Source: Desulfomicrobium sp. (GTDB lineage Bacteria > Desulfobacterota > Desulfovibrionia > Desulfovibrionales > Desulfomicrobiaceae). From it: a DNA stretch of 64,000 nucleotides. The notes under the pieces were generated by a model. It worked only from the letters and a program-made list of their open reading frames with translations. It had not been told where the DNA came from and did no database searches. Positions 30,858 through 40,599 of this stretch are shown here, in pieces. Location: contig JAXGMI010000001.1 of the NCBI GenBank assembly GCA_040768745.1, positions 960,001 to 1,024,000 on the forward strand, read 5' to 3'. Position 1 is the first letter of the stretch, and every line of letters begins with the position of its first letter. The translations under genes were made by a program, and so were the position numbers.

Positions 30858-30995
30858 TTTGTCCTTGTCTCTGGGCTGCCAACTGCAGCCCTTGGTGGCT
30901 GGGCCTCAGCCATGAATCCCGATTTTCGGGAATACGACCTTGACCAGCACGATCCATACGCCGACGATAAGCAAGACATACAACAGATCTTCCAT
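30852..30995 (-). CDS. Putative 47-aa membrane selenoprotein MEDLLYVLLIVGVWIVLVKVVFPKIGIHG(U)GPATKGCSWQPRDKDKS; 29 aa if the UGA is a stop
   Basis: Not in the ORF track. GAGGAGGGAG RBS directly after the sirtuin stop, one hydrophobic helix, in-frame TGA at 30906-30908, SECIS-like hairpin downstream. Confidence 0.7.
30873..30891 (-). other. Bacterial SECIS-like stem-loop
   Basis: GGGCUGC-AGUUG-GCAGCCC on the minus strand; loop starts 21 nt after the UGA and has GU at loop positions 2-3. Confidence 0.6.
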
Positions 30996-31007
30996 ATTTC
31001 TCCCTCC

Positions 31008-31697
31008 TCACATTCCAAGCAGTTCATCCACGAGAAGCGGCACGCGCCGGGTGGCCTTTTCACGGAACACCCTGGCTCCCGGGATCCACCCCGGTTCGGC
31101 CTCGGGATCAATGACGAATACCACCGCCCGTGCCGGGGCCTCATGGGCCAGGGATGCCGCGGGATATACGGCCAGGGACGTTCCGATGATCAGGAGCGTG
31201 TCTGCCGTGGCCACCACTGCGCTCGCTTTGTGCATCATGGGTACGGGTTCCCCGAACCAAACCACGTCGGGCCGGAGCTGGCTGCCCAGGGGACAGGTGT
31301 CACCCATGCGGATGGGTCTGTATCCGATGTCCACGACTAGGTCCGGGTCCGCGGAGCTGCGTGCCTGGCACAGCTGGCCGTGCAGGTGCAGGACATTGGT
31401 TGAGCCGGCCCGTTCATGCAGATTGTCCACGTTCTGGGTGACTATTGTGACCCGGTACCCTTGCTCCAGACGGGCAAGGGCCGTATGGGCCTTGTTGGGC
31501 TGCGCGATTTCCAGTTGGGCCCGGCGCTGGTTGTAGAACTCCAGGACCAGTGCCGGACTCCGGGCAAAGGCTTCTGTTGTGGCCACGTCCTCGATGCGGT
31601 GCTTGAACCACAAGCCACCGGCACCCCGAAATGTGGGGATGCCGCTCTCGGCGCTGATCCCAGCGCCGGTCAAAACCACGACGTGTTTATAGTCCAT
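31008..31697 (-). CDS. cobB: NAD-dependent protein deacylase (Sir2/CobB)
   Basis: GAGISAESGIPTFRG, TQNVDNLHERAG, HLHG, RPDVVWFGE and GTSLAVYPA motifs. Confidence 0.92.
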   Translation of the reverse strand: MDYKHVVVLTGAGISAESGIPTFRGAGGLWFKHRIEDVATTEAFARSPALVLEFYNQRRAQLEIAQPNKAHTALARLEQGYRVTIVTQNVDNLHERAGSTNVLHLHGQLCQARSSADPDLVVDIGYRPIRMGDTCPLGSQLRPDVVWFGEPVPMMHKASAVVATADTLLIIGTSLAVYPAASLAHEAPARAVVFVIDPEAEPGWIPGARVFREKATRRVPLLVDELLGM

Positions 31698-31790
31698 GAA
31701 TGTTCCTGCGGATGAGGGCTGGCCGCTGCCCCATGTGTTTCGCATAGCACAGGGCAAGGGGCTGCAAAAGGGAAAAGGGGGGTGTTTTTC

Positions 31791-32600
31791 GTGACAGATT
31801 GGAGTGTTCTGCAAGACCTGGATCTGGTCGATGCCCATTGCCACCTGCAGGACGGGTTTCTGCGCCATGCCCTTGAGCCCGCCCTGATCCGGGCCAGGGC
31901 GGCCGGGGTACGCATGATGTGTTGTAACGGAACCCACCAGGGGGATTGGCCCTATGTGCTAGGTCTTGGAAAAAATCATGCGGACATCTGCGTTTCCCTG
32001 GGCCTGCATCCCTGGTACGTGCGTGGGCGTGGTTCAGACTGGCTGGAAAAATTGGAGGAGTTGGTGGCCACCCATCCAGTGGGTGTTGGTGAAATTGGAC
32101 TGGACAATGCCCTGGAGGAACGCAACGACGCTGCACAGGAGGAGGTTTTTCTGGCACAGATGGATCTGGCCGTGCGATACGGGCGGCCGGTGACCATCCA
32201 TTGTCGGAAGGCCTTCGGGCGCTTGGTGGATCTGCTGCAAGGCATGCGTGAGCGCCCGCCGTTCATGATGCTGCACGCCTACGCCGGATCCCATGAGATG
32301 GTCCCTGTACTGGAAAAGGCGGGCTGCCACATTTCCATCTGTGCCTCCATCACCCGCCCTGCGAACCGCAAGGCCCGAGCGGCCTGCGCCCGCGTCTCCA
32401 GGGACCGTCTGCTGGTCGAATCCGACAGTCCGGCCATCGCCCCCATGGGAGTTGATTTCGAGCGCAATGAACCGGCCTATCTGCCGCTCATTGTCGAAGC
32501 CTTGGCCGGGTTGCGGGGTGAAGATCCGGCAGAGGTGGCCGGGTACACTGCGGCCAATGCCCGAAAGTTTTTCGCCTGCTGCGGGAGGCCGAAACCATGA
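31791..32600 (+). CDS. TatD-family hydrolase
   Basis: DAHCHL, GLHPW, GEIGLD, IHCR and ESDSP motifs. Confidence 0.92.
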   Translation: MTDWSVLQDLDLVDAHCHLQDGFLRHALEPALIRARAAGVRMMCCNGTHQGDWPYVLGLGKNHADICVSLGLHPWYVRGRGSDWLEKLEELVATHPVGVGEIGLDNALEERNDAAQEEVFLAQMDLAVRYGRPVTIHCRKAFGRLVDLLQGMRERPPFMMLHAYAGSHEMVPVLEKAGCHISICASITRPANRKARAACARVSRDRLLVESDSPAIAPMGVDFERNEPAYLPLIVEALAGLRGEDPAEVAGYTAANARKFFACCGRPKP

Positions 32601-33346
32601 TGCGTTTTGCCCGGACCATGCAACTCATCGGCGAGGACGGTCTTTCCCGACTGGGCGAGTCCACGGTGGCCGTGTTCGGTTTGGGCGCGGTGGGTTCCTA
32701 CGTGGTGGAGGCCTTGGCCAGGGCCGGAGTTGGGAGCCTGGTCCTTTTCGATCACGACGTGGTCAGCCTCTCGAATATGAACCGGCAGCTTCTGGCTCTG
32801 GAATCAACCATCGGCCAGGCCAAGGTCCGTGTGGCCAGGGACCGGATTTTGGACATCAACCCGAATTGCCGGGTGGAAGCCCGAGTGCAGTTTGTGGATG
32901 GCGAAAACGTGGCCGGACTGCTGGAGCAGCGCTTCAACGTGCTGGTGGACGCTATTGACGGGGTCAATTCCAAGGTTAATCTGATTGTTGCAGCCCGGGA
33001 ATTGGGAATTCCCGTGGTGTCCAGCATGGGGGCCGCGGCCAAGCTCGATCCTTCCAAGATCGTCGCTGCAGACATTTCCAAGTCGTACATGTGCCCCCTG
33101 GCCCAGATCATCCGCAAACGCCTGCGTCGTCGGGGTGTGGTGAGCGGGGTTCGCTGTGTGTTCTCCACCGAACCGGCGCAAAACAAGAACGAACCTGTTG
33201 TCGAGGAGGCCCCGGAGCAAGGGCTGAGCGGTCGTCCGCGCGCACCCATAGGGTCCATATCCTATCTCACGGGCATGTTTGGGCTCTATGTGGCCAGTGA
33301 GGTCATACGTATCCTGCTTGATGTGCAGCCATCTGTCCGGTGTTGA
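32597..33346 (+). CDS. tcdA: tRNA threonylcarbamoyladenosine dehydratase (ThiF/TcdA family)
   Basis: GLGAVGS, SNMNRQL, DAID, SSMGAAAKLDP, CPLA and VFSTE motifs. Confidence 0.85.
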   Translation: MMRFARTMQLIGEDGLSRLGESTVAVFGLGAVGSYVVEALARAGVGSLVLFDHDVVSLSNMNRQLLALESTIGQAKVRVARDRILDINPNCRVEARVQFVDGENVAGLLEQRFNVLVDAIDGVNSKVNLIVAARELGIPVVSSMGAAAKLDPSKIVAADISKSYMCPLAQIIRKRLRRRGVVSGVRCVFSTEPAQNKNEPVVEEAPEQGLSGRPRAPIGSISYLTGMFGLYVASEVIRILLDVQPSVRC

Positions 33347-33357
33347 AGGAGTCCAGA

Positions 33358-33885
33358 ATGATGCGAACGCTTGTTGTCCTTGTGCTTATCCAGCTGGCTG
33401 GCTGTTCCTCAACTCAGGATTGGCGCACCGCCAGCCGCGAGCCTGCCGGAATCGCACCTGATCCTGCCGTAACACATGAAGCCGTTTTGCAGGTTTATGG
33501 GGCGGACGCCTGGGGCTGGAGGGGCTGGTTCGCCATCCACACGTGGGTCGCGGCCAAACGAACCGGGGAAGCAGCTTACACCGTCTATGAAGTCATTGGC
33601 TGGCGCGCTTCCCGGGGTCTGCCTGTCACGAGGATCGCCCAGGACGCCCCCGACAGGCATTGGTACGGTGCCCGTCCCAAGTTGCTCAGGGAGCATCGCG
33701 GGGAGGGTGTGGACGGCCTGATCGAGGCTGTGGACCTCGCAGCGCGAAACTATCCCTGGCAGAGCGAGTACAGGGCTTTCCCCGGCCCGAACAGCAACAC
33801 CTTCGTGGCCTGGATCGGCAAGCACGTGCCGCAGTTGGGCCTTGATCTGCCTTTTTCGGCTATTGGCAGCGGGTATGTGGATTGA
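33358..33885 (+). CDS. DUF3750-family lipoprotein
   Basis: LAGC lipobox; WRTASR, WRGWFAIHTW and YRAFPGPNSNTF motifs. Confidence 0.8.
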   Translation: MMRTLVVLVLIQLAGCSSTQDWRTASREPAGIAPDPAVTHEAVLQVYGADAWGWRGWFAIHTWVAAKRTGEAAYTVYEVIGWRASRGLPVTRIAQDAPDRHWYGARPKLLREHRGEGVDGLIEAVDLAARNYPWQSEYRAFPGPNSNTFVAWIGKHVPQLGLDLPFSAIGSGYVD

Positions 33886-33990
33886 CCGGAATGGGCGCGG
33901 AAGCGTCATTGACGATTTCAAAAGAACTGCCGTATTTCGCTTCCTGAATAATTTTGCGCTTTCCCAGCACCCTTGAACCACGAGAATCCC

Positions 33991-35160
33991 ATGCCGCCCA
34001 GGTTGTTCATCCTATGCGCCCTGTTCCTGCTCTTGATCACCCTGCCGGCTTCGGCACAGGAAAAATCCACCGGCAAACCGGCACCCAAGGCCGCTCCGGT
34101 GGTGGCCGGAGAGACCGTGCGCAGGAGCGTGCCCGTGCTGCTTGCGGCCATTGGCACGGTGGAGGCCAGCGAGGTGGTCGAAATCAAAGCCCGCATCAGC
34201 GGGTTGTTGCAGAAAGTCCACTTTGTGGAAGGCCAGGACGTGCACAGGGGGGACCTCCTTTTTTCCATTGACTCTCGCGACCTGGAGGCAAAACTTCGAT
34301 CGGCCAGGGCTGATCTGGATCGCAGCCGGGCCAAGCTGGCCAAGGCCGAGGAGGACAAGCGCCGGTTTGACAGGCTGCTTGACAAGGGCATCATCAGCCG
34401 GGACCAGCAGGAAACCACCGCTACGGCGCTGTCCGCCCTGCAGGCAGAGATCCGTGCAGGGGAGGCGTCAGTGGAGGCGGCAAAGGTCGAACTGTCCCAT
34501 GCGGAAATCCGCTCACCCATCAATGGCCGCGCCGGAGCACTCCAGCTCCATGCCGGAAACATGGTCAAGGCCAACGCCGATACGGCCATGGTCGTCCTGT
34601 ACTGCGTGGAACCAGTCAACGTGCGCTTTTCCCTGCCCGAGATGCACCTTGCGACCATCATGAAGGGACAGAACGCTGGCCCTTTAAAGGTTCAGACCAA
34701 ACCAGCCGGTGCGGATGAAACCGTTCCCGGCGTTCTCTATTTCATTGACAGCAGCGTGGATGCAGGGACTGGCACGATCGCCCTCAAGGCCCGCTTCGCC
34801 AATGCCAAACGGCTGCTGTGGCCAGGACAGTTTGCCGATGTAACCCTGGAGGTGGGGGCCCTGCAGGACGCCGTGCTCGTGCCGGCCCAGGCCGTGACCC
34901 CTGGGGCTGAAGGGGAATTCGTCTATATCATCCGGCCGGACAACACCGTGGAGTACCGGGTGGTCAAAACCGGGCAGCGCCATGACGGCCATGTGGTGGT
35001 AACATCTGGTCTCGACGGCGGGGAACGGGTCGTCCTGGAAGGACATCTGCGCCTTGCGCCAGGCGCTGCAGTGGCCATTCGTTCGGGCGACGGCCAGGCT
35101 ACAGCGGGAACCCCGGCAGACAGCAAGGGCACGGCCGCGATGCCCGGAGCCAAGCAATGA
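33991..35160 (+). CDS. RND efflux periplasmic adaptor (MdtA-like)
   Basis: EGQDVHRGDLLFSID, IRSPINGRAG and LWPGQF motifs. Confidence 0.92.
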   Translation: MPPRLFILCALFLLLITLPASAQEKSTGKPAPKAAPVVAGETVRRSVPVLLAAIGTVEASEVVEIKARISGLLQKVHFVEGQDVHRGDLLFSIDSRDLEAKLRSARADLDRSRAKLAKAEEDKRRFDRLLDKGIISRDQQETTATALSALQAEIRAGEASVEAAKVELSHAEIRSPINGRAGALQLHAGNMVKANADTAMVVLYCVEPVNVRFSLPEMHLATIMKGQNAGPLKVQTKPAGADETVPGVLYFIDSSVDAGTGTIALKARFANAKRLLWPGQFADVTLEVGALQDAVLVPAQAVTPGAEGEFVYIIRPDNTVEYRVVKTGQRHDGHVVVTSGLDGGERVVLEGHLRLAPGAAVAIRSGDGQATAGTPADSKGTAAMPGAKQ

Positions 35161-38100
35161 ATATTGCCGCGCTTTTCATCCGCAGACCGGTGACCACGAC
35201 CCTGGTCATGCTGGCCATCCTTCTCTTTGGGGTCATGAGCTACCGTATCCTGCCGGTTAGCGACCTGCCCAATGTGGATTTCCCGACCATTCAGGTCTCG
35301 GCCAACCTGCCCGGGGCCAGTCCGGAAACCATGGCCTCCAGCGTGGCAACCCCCCTGGAACGCCAGTTTGCGACCATCGCGGGCATTGATTTCATCAGTT
35401 CAACCAATACACTGGGCTCCACCCGCATCACTTTGCAGTTCGCCCTGGAGAGGGACATTGACGCAGCGGCCCAGGACGTGCAGGCAGCCATTTCCAAGGT
35501 TCAGCGCCAGCTCCCGGACGACATGACCAGCCCGCCGTCCTATCAGAAGATCAATCCTGCCGATTCACCCATCTTCTACCTGAGCCTGGCGTCCAACACC
35601 CTGCCCATGTCCCAGATCAACGAATACGCAGACACCATCATTGCTCCGCGCATCTCCATGATCAGTGGCGTGGCCCAGGTATCGATCTACGGGGCCAAGA
35701 AATATGCGGTGCGGGTCCAACTCGATCCCAAGTCCCTGGCCAGCCGCGACGTGGGACTGGACGAAGTGGCCACGGCCATTGACCACGCCAACGTCAATCT
35801 GCCCACGGGCACTCTCTACGGACCCCACACGGCCCTGAACGTGCAGGCCAGCGGCAAGCTCATGGATGCGGCCGCCTACAGGCCGCTCATTGTCGCCTGG
35901 CGCAACGGCGCACCTGTTCGTTTGGCCGATCTGGGTCAGGTCCTGGACAGTGTTGAGAACGACAAGATCGCCAGCTGGCGTGTTGACACCAGATCCATCA
36001 CCCTGGCCGTGCAGCGTCAGCCCGGAACCAATACCGTGGAAGTGGTGGACAACATCCGCAAGCTCCTGCCGACATTTGCGGAGCAGATCCCTGCGGCAGT
36101 GGGTCTGTCCGTGATTTACGACCGCTCCGAGTCCATCCGCGAGTCCGTGGAGGACGTGAAATTCACCCTGGTCCTGACCATGTGCCTGGTGGTGGGGGTC
36201 ATCTTCGTCTTCCTGCGCAACGTGCGGGCCACCGTCATTCCCAGCCTGGCCCTGCCCATGTCCGTGATAGGGACCTTCGCGGTCATGCACCTGTTCGGCT
36301 TTTCCCTGGACAATCTGTCCCTCATGGCCCTGACCCTGGCCGTGGGCTTTGTGGTCGATGATGCCATCGTCATGCTGGAAAATATTGTTCGCCATCTGGA
36401 AATGGGCAAGCCCGTGCTCAAGGCGGCTTTTGATGGGTCCAGGGAGATTTCTTTCACCATTTTGTCCATGACTATCTCCCTGGCCGCAGTTTTCATCCCG
36501 GTTCTGTTCATGGGCGGGATCGTGGGCCGGCTGTTCAGGGAGTTCGCCGTGGTCATTTCCGTGGCCATCCTCATTTCCGGCTTCATCTCCCTGAGCTTGA
36601 CCCCCATGCTCTGTTCCCTGTTCCTGAAGGAAAAGCATGAGGTCCGGCACAGTCTCATGTTCAGGGCCTCGGAAAAGATTTTTGACGGGCTTCTGGCCCT
36701 TTACCGCTGGAGCCTCAGCGCCTGTCTGCGCCATCACGTGCTGACCTTTGGGGTGTCCCTGGCCGTGCTGGGTGCGACAGTCGTCCTGTTCCGCGACATG
36801 CCCAAGGGCTTTCTCCCCAGCCAGGACACCGGGCAGATCACCGGCGTGACAGAGGCGGTGCAGGGCATCAGCTACGATCACATGGTTAGCCAGCAGCTCG
36901 CCTTGCACGAGGTCCTGCGCAATGAGCCGACCGTGGCCACGTTCATGTCCGTGGTCGGCGGCGGTGGCCCCAACTCGGCCGGCAATTCGGGCCGGTTGAT
37001 GGTCCGCCTGAAGAATCTGGACGAGCGCAACGAGACAGCGGACCAGATCATCGCCAAGCTCCGCCCCAAGTTGAACACCCTGCCGGGCATCCAGACCTTT
37101 CTGGTCAATCCTCCGGCCATCAACGTCGGCGGTCGCAGTTCCAAGAGCCTGTATCAGTATACACTGCAAAGCCCTGACACAGCGGAACTGTACCGCCAAG
37201 CCGTGGTCATGGAGGAGAACCTCAAGGGCCTGTCCCAACTCCAGGACGTGACCAGCGACCTTCAGCTCAAGAATCCCGAAGTGCGCCTTCAGATCAACCG
37301 CGACAAGGCTGCCAGCCTGGGTGTCACTCCACGACAGGTTGAACTGGCCCTGCAATCCGCCTTTGGTACGCGGGAGGTCTCGACCATCTACGCTCCAACC
37401 AACAATTATTCCGTGATCATGGAGCTGGCCCCTGAGTATCGGCGCGATCCCTCGGATCTGTCCCTGCTGTACGTGCGGACCTCGGGCGGGACTCTTGCCC
37501 CCATCGAGACCGTGGTCGACTCCACCCTTGGCGTCGGTCCGCTTTCGGTCAACCATTCCGGGCAGCTGCCTTCGGTGACCATTTCTTTCAACCTCCGGCC
37601 CGGAGTTTCCCTGGGTGAGGCCACGGCTGCTGTGGAAGCCGTGGCGGCCAATATCCTGCCGGATACCATCAGCGCCAGTTTTCAGGGTACGGCCCAGGCC
37701 TTTCAGAGTTCGTTGCAGAACATGAGCCTGCTCCTGATCCTGGCTGTGTTCGTCATCTACATCGTGCTGGGCATCCTTTACGAATCCTTCATCCATCCCC
37801 TGACCATTCTCTCGGGTCTGCCCTCGGCTGGATTCGGGGCGCTGCTGACCCTCAAGTTTTTTGGCATGGACCTGAACATCTACGGGTTTGTCGGCATCAT
37901 CATGCTCATCGGCATTGTCAAGAAGAACGCCATCATGATGATCGACTTCGCCCTGGAAGCCCAGCGCGAGGCCGGAAAGAGTCCTGTCGAGGCCATCTTT
38001 CAGGGTTGCCTGGTCCGTTTTCGGCCCATCATGATGACGACCATGGCCGCCATCATGGGCACCCTGCCCATCGCGGTAGGCTATGGCGCAGGCGGAGAGT

Positions 38101-38318
38101 CCCGCCAGCCGCTGGGACTTTGCGTGGTCGGCGGGCTGGTCACCTCCCAGTTGCTGACACTGTACATCACGCCGGTCTATTACATGTATCTGGACAAAAT
38201 GGGCCGCCTGGTGGGCAGGATTTTCGGCCGCAGGGATGCGTCAGCGCATGCGGCGGCCGAAGAAGGCCGCGCCGAGGATGATGGTCATGCCCGCCACGGC
38301 GTGGGCGGTCACGGCTGA
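35157..38318 (+). CDS. RND efflux permease (MdtB/MdtC-like)
   Basis: FIRRPVTT, ATPLERQF, GFVVDDAIVMLEN, IGIVKKNAIMMIDF and RFRPIMMTT motifs. Confidence 0.95.
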   Translation: MNIAALFIRRPVTTTLVMLAILLFGVMSYRILPVSDLPNVDFPTIQVSANLPGASPETMASSVATPLERQFATIAGIDFISSTNTLGSTRITLQFALERDIDAAAQDVQAAISKVQRQLPDDMTSPPSYQKINPADSPIFYLSLASNTLPMSQINEYADTIIAPRISMISGVAQVSIYGAKKYAVRVQLDPKSLASRDVGLDEVATAIDHANVNLPTGTLYGPHTALNVQASGKLMDAAAYRPLIVAWRNGAPVRLADLGQVLDSVENDKIASWRVDTRSITLAVQRQPGTNTVEVVDNIRKLLPTFAEQIPAAVGLSVIYDRSESIRESVEDVKFTLVLTMCLVVGVIFVFLRNVRATVIPSLALPMSVIGTFAVMHLFGFSLDNLSLMALTLAVGFVVDDAIVMLENIVRHLEMGKPVLKAAFDGSREISFTILSMTISLAAVFIPVLFMGGIVGRLFREFAVVISVAILISGFISLSLTPMLCSLFLKEKHEVRHSLMFRASEKIFDGLLALYRWSLSACLRHHVLTFGVSLAVLGATVVLFRDMPKGFLPSQDTGQITGVTEAVQGISYDHMVSQQLALHEVLRNEPTVATFMSVVGGGGPNSAGNSGRLMVRLKNLDERNETADQIIAKLRPKLNTLPGIQTFLVNPPAINVGGRSSKSLYQYTLQSPDTAELYRQAVVMEENLKGLSQLQDVTSDLQLKNPEVRLQINRDKAASLGVTPRQVELALQSAFGTREVSTIYAPTNNYSVIMELAPEYRRDPSDLSLLYVRTSGGTLAPIETVVDSTLGVGPLSVNHSGQLPSVTISFNLRPGVSLGEATAAVEAVAANILPDTISASFQGTAQAFQSSLQNMSLLLILAVFVIYIVLGILYESFIHPLTILSGLPSAGFGALLTLKFFGMDLNIYGFVGIIMLIGIVKKNAIMMIDFALEAQREAGKSPVEAIFQGCLVRFRPIMMTTMAAIMGTLPIAVGYGAGGESRQPLGLCVVGGLVTSQLLTLYITPVYYMYLDKMGRLVGRIFGRRDASAHAAAEEGRAEDDGHARHGVGGHG

Positions 38319-39086
38319 TCCGCGGACCACGGCCGCCAGCAGTACGGCCAGGGGTGGGGTTAAATAGGACAGATACCCGATGAGGACCATGCTCCCGGTG
38401 GTTACGGCGCGGTTCCAGAGGGTGAAGGACAGGCCCAGAGGCACCAGTCCCAGGTACACAGCCGAAAGCAGGGCTTTGGGATCGGGCAAGTGATCGGGGG
38501 CGCTGGTTGCGAAGACCAAGGTCGAGGCCAGGGCCGCCAGCACAGTGAAGGCGGGCATGTAGTCGCGTTGCGGCTTAAGGCGCGAAAGGGCCACGGAGAA
38601 GCCGCTCCAGATCAGACCGCAGGAAAGGGCCAGTAGATATCCGGGGAGAAAGCGGGGATCGAAGTGCAGGTCGCGCCCCCCCGAAACCACCAGGCCGGCG
38701 CCGAAAAGGCCGGCCAGGGCCACGGCCAGAACGGGCCACGACAGGCGTCTCGCGGCCAGGACGGAGGAAAAGACCACGATCCAGAAGGACCACGTCGTGG
38801 TCAGGATGGCCCCCTCCACCAGCGGGGCATGGTCCAGGGCCAGGTAGTAGACCGCGTGGTAGCCAAAGATTCCGCATAGTCCCAGACCCGCCAGCTTGAG
38901 GTCGGGCCAGGGGATGGACAGGCGGCGGGAGAGGACCATTTCCTGGGCCGAGAGATAGACCGCGGCCGGAACAAAGCTGAAGAAAAGAAGCTCGGGCACC
39001 GCGAGTCCTTCCAGGCCGCTGCCCGTGGCTGCGGGAAGGCTTGCCCAGCAAAGGACAGCACCCAGGGCGTACACGTACGGCTTCAT
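38241..39086 (-). CDS. EamA/DMT-family transporter
   Basis: About 10 hydrophobic helices in two repeats; overlaps the RND gene 3' end convergently. Confidence 0.88.
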   Translation of the reverse strand: MKPYVYALGAVLCWASLPAATGSGLEGLAVPELLFFSFVPAAVYLSAQEMVLSRRLSIPWPDLKLAGLGLCGIFGYHAVYYLALDHAPLVEGAILTTTWSFWIVVFSSVLAARRLSWPVLAVALAGLFGAGLVVSGGRDLHFDPRFLPGYLLALSCGLIWSGFSVALSRLKPQRDYMPAFTVLAALASTLVFATSAPDHLPDPKALLSAVYLGLVPLGLSFTLWNRAVTTGSMVLIGYLSYLTPPLAVLLAAVVRGSAVTAHAVAGMTIILGAAFFGRRMR

Positions 39087-39101
39087 TGCCTCCCCGCTAT
39101 C

Positions 39102-39461
39102 CTAGAAGAGCTTGCAGCCGAGCTTGGCGTCAACCGCCGGGCTGACGAAGGTCGCCTCCCCACTCTCCTTGCCCGGAAACTGCACGCCCAGCACCAGCAC
39201 TTCCGAAACAACCTCCCCCATGGGCCTGGGAGGGAAATTGAGCACACCCAGCACCAGCCGTCCCACGACCTCGTCCAGGGGATGGGAAGTGAACCGCCCA
39301 TAGCCGGTGCGCAGGCCGAATTTTCCGAAATCAATGTCCATCCTGTACGTCGGCTTGGGTGTCTTCGCGCAGGGCTCCGCAGAAACGACGCGCCCCAATC
39401 GAATGTCCAGCAAGGAAAAAGAGTTGTCAAAAGATACCATCGGTTTTGTCTGCGCAGCCAT
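39102..39461 (-). CDS. CsaA/tRNA-binding OB-fold protein
   Basis: LDIRLGRV, IDFG and NFPPRPMGEVVSEVLVLG motifs. Confidence 0.88.
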   Translation of the reverse strand: MAAQTKPMVSFDNSFSLLDIRLGRVVSAEPCAKTPKPTYRMDIDFGKFGLRTGYGRFTSHPLDEVVGRLVLGVLNFPPRPMGEVVSEVLVLGVQFPGKESGEATFVSPAVDAKLGCKLF

Positions 39462-40599
39462 GAAGCCCTCCTTGAGTGTTGGTCTGGTCTTTCCGGACCT
39501 GGGCCGGGGTCAGCGCTTCGTCCCGGTTCAGCAGGACGCTTTTTTCCCAGTCCTTCTGCGCTTCGCGCGTTTCCGCCCAGGTCAGGTTGTCCGTGAAATT
39601 GTGCGGGGAGGCAGGATTGACCGTAACGGTCCACTCAGCTTCCCCTTGCCGCACCACGACCTCAACCATGCCGCCGTGTCTCCTGGCCTTGGCTGAGAAA
39701 CAGGCCAGACAGGTCGCGGCTTCGTGCAGGACATCTTCCCTCCACACCTGACCCGGCACCTGCCGTCCGACGGCATGGGGGCCGGGGAAGCTCTTCAGCA
39801 TGAAGACGTAGTCATCGGACCTGGTCAGCTCCTGCAGCCTTTCGTTGTCCTTTTGCTCCCGACCCATGACCAGCCAGTGACCGGTGGCATGTCCTGCCAG
39901 CCTGCGCCAGAGCTGGCGGCCGACATTGGCCAGGACAAAATCTCCTGATTGCGGATTGGGGAAGGTTTGCATGACAGGCCAGTAGCGCCGGGCCGATTCC
40001 CGTTCTCCCAGGCGGCAGGCTCCGGCCTGGGGCGGAATCGTGGTCACCCCCAGGATCTTGGCAAGCTGATATTGACTCTTTCGACCCCGGCCACACAGGG
40101 CGGGGAGTTTAGCGCGGTCCACCACGCCAGATTCTTCCATCGGTGTAGGCGGGAGCAGCCCCGCACTCAAAGGCCGCAGGAGAATGTCGTGAACCTGGGC
40201 CTCGTTGCGGATGACGTTCAGAGTGTCGGCGCGTTGGGACATGGGACGCTGGCCTAGAACTTCTCCGGTGATCAGGAATTTGGCGCCGTACTGTGGCAAA
40301 AGTTTTTTGGCCAGGCGCAGCATGAGAATCTTGCAGTCCACGCAGGGATTCATGACTTTGCCGAAGCCGTGGGGGGGAAAGGCGGCCATGAGGTCCACGA
40401 ATTCCTGGCCGATGTCGATGATGTCAATGGGCAGTCCGTAAGTGCGCACCCATCCGGGGACACGTTCGGGACGCCCGAAAAAAGGGCTGATAAAATGCAA
40501 TCCCAGGACCTTGTGCCCAAGACCCTGGATCAGTTTGCTGGCAAGAATGCCATCCAGGCCGCCGGAAAAAAGGGACAGGGCATCATACTGTTCATTCAT
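39427..40599 (-). CDS. PP-loop tRNA thiolase-like protein (MnmA/ThiI-related)
   Basis: LFSGGLDG, NPCVDCKI, TGEVLGQRPMSQ, LRPLSA and GRGRK motifs. Confidence 0.8.
   Translation of the reverse strand: MNEQYDALSLFSGGLDGILASKLIQGLGHKVLGLHFISPFFGRPERVPGWVRTYGLPIDIIDIGQEFVDLMAAFPPHGFGKVMNPCVDCKILMLRLAKKLLPQYGAKFLITGEVLGQRPMSQRADTLNVIRNEAQVHDILLRPLSAGLLPPTPMEESGVVDRAKLPALCGRGRKSQYQLAKILGVTTIPPQAGACRLGERESARRYWPVMQTFPNPQSGDFVLANVGRQLWRRLAGHATGHWLVMGREQKDNERLQELTRSDDYVFMLKSFPGPHAVGRQVPGQVWREDVLHEAATCLACFSAKARRHGGMVEVVVRQGEAEWTVTVNPASPHNFTDNLTWAETREAQKDWEKSVLLNRDEALTPAQVRKDQTNTQGGLHGCADKTDGIF

Noticed and set aside
30912..31340. Track ORFs overlapping the sirtuin/selenopeptide region (30912-31340 +, 30800-31144 -)
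   Set aside because: They overlap better-supported genes and lack RBS or motifs; the frame starting at 30995 (-) has the strong RBS and hydrophobic helix
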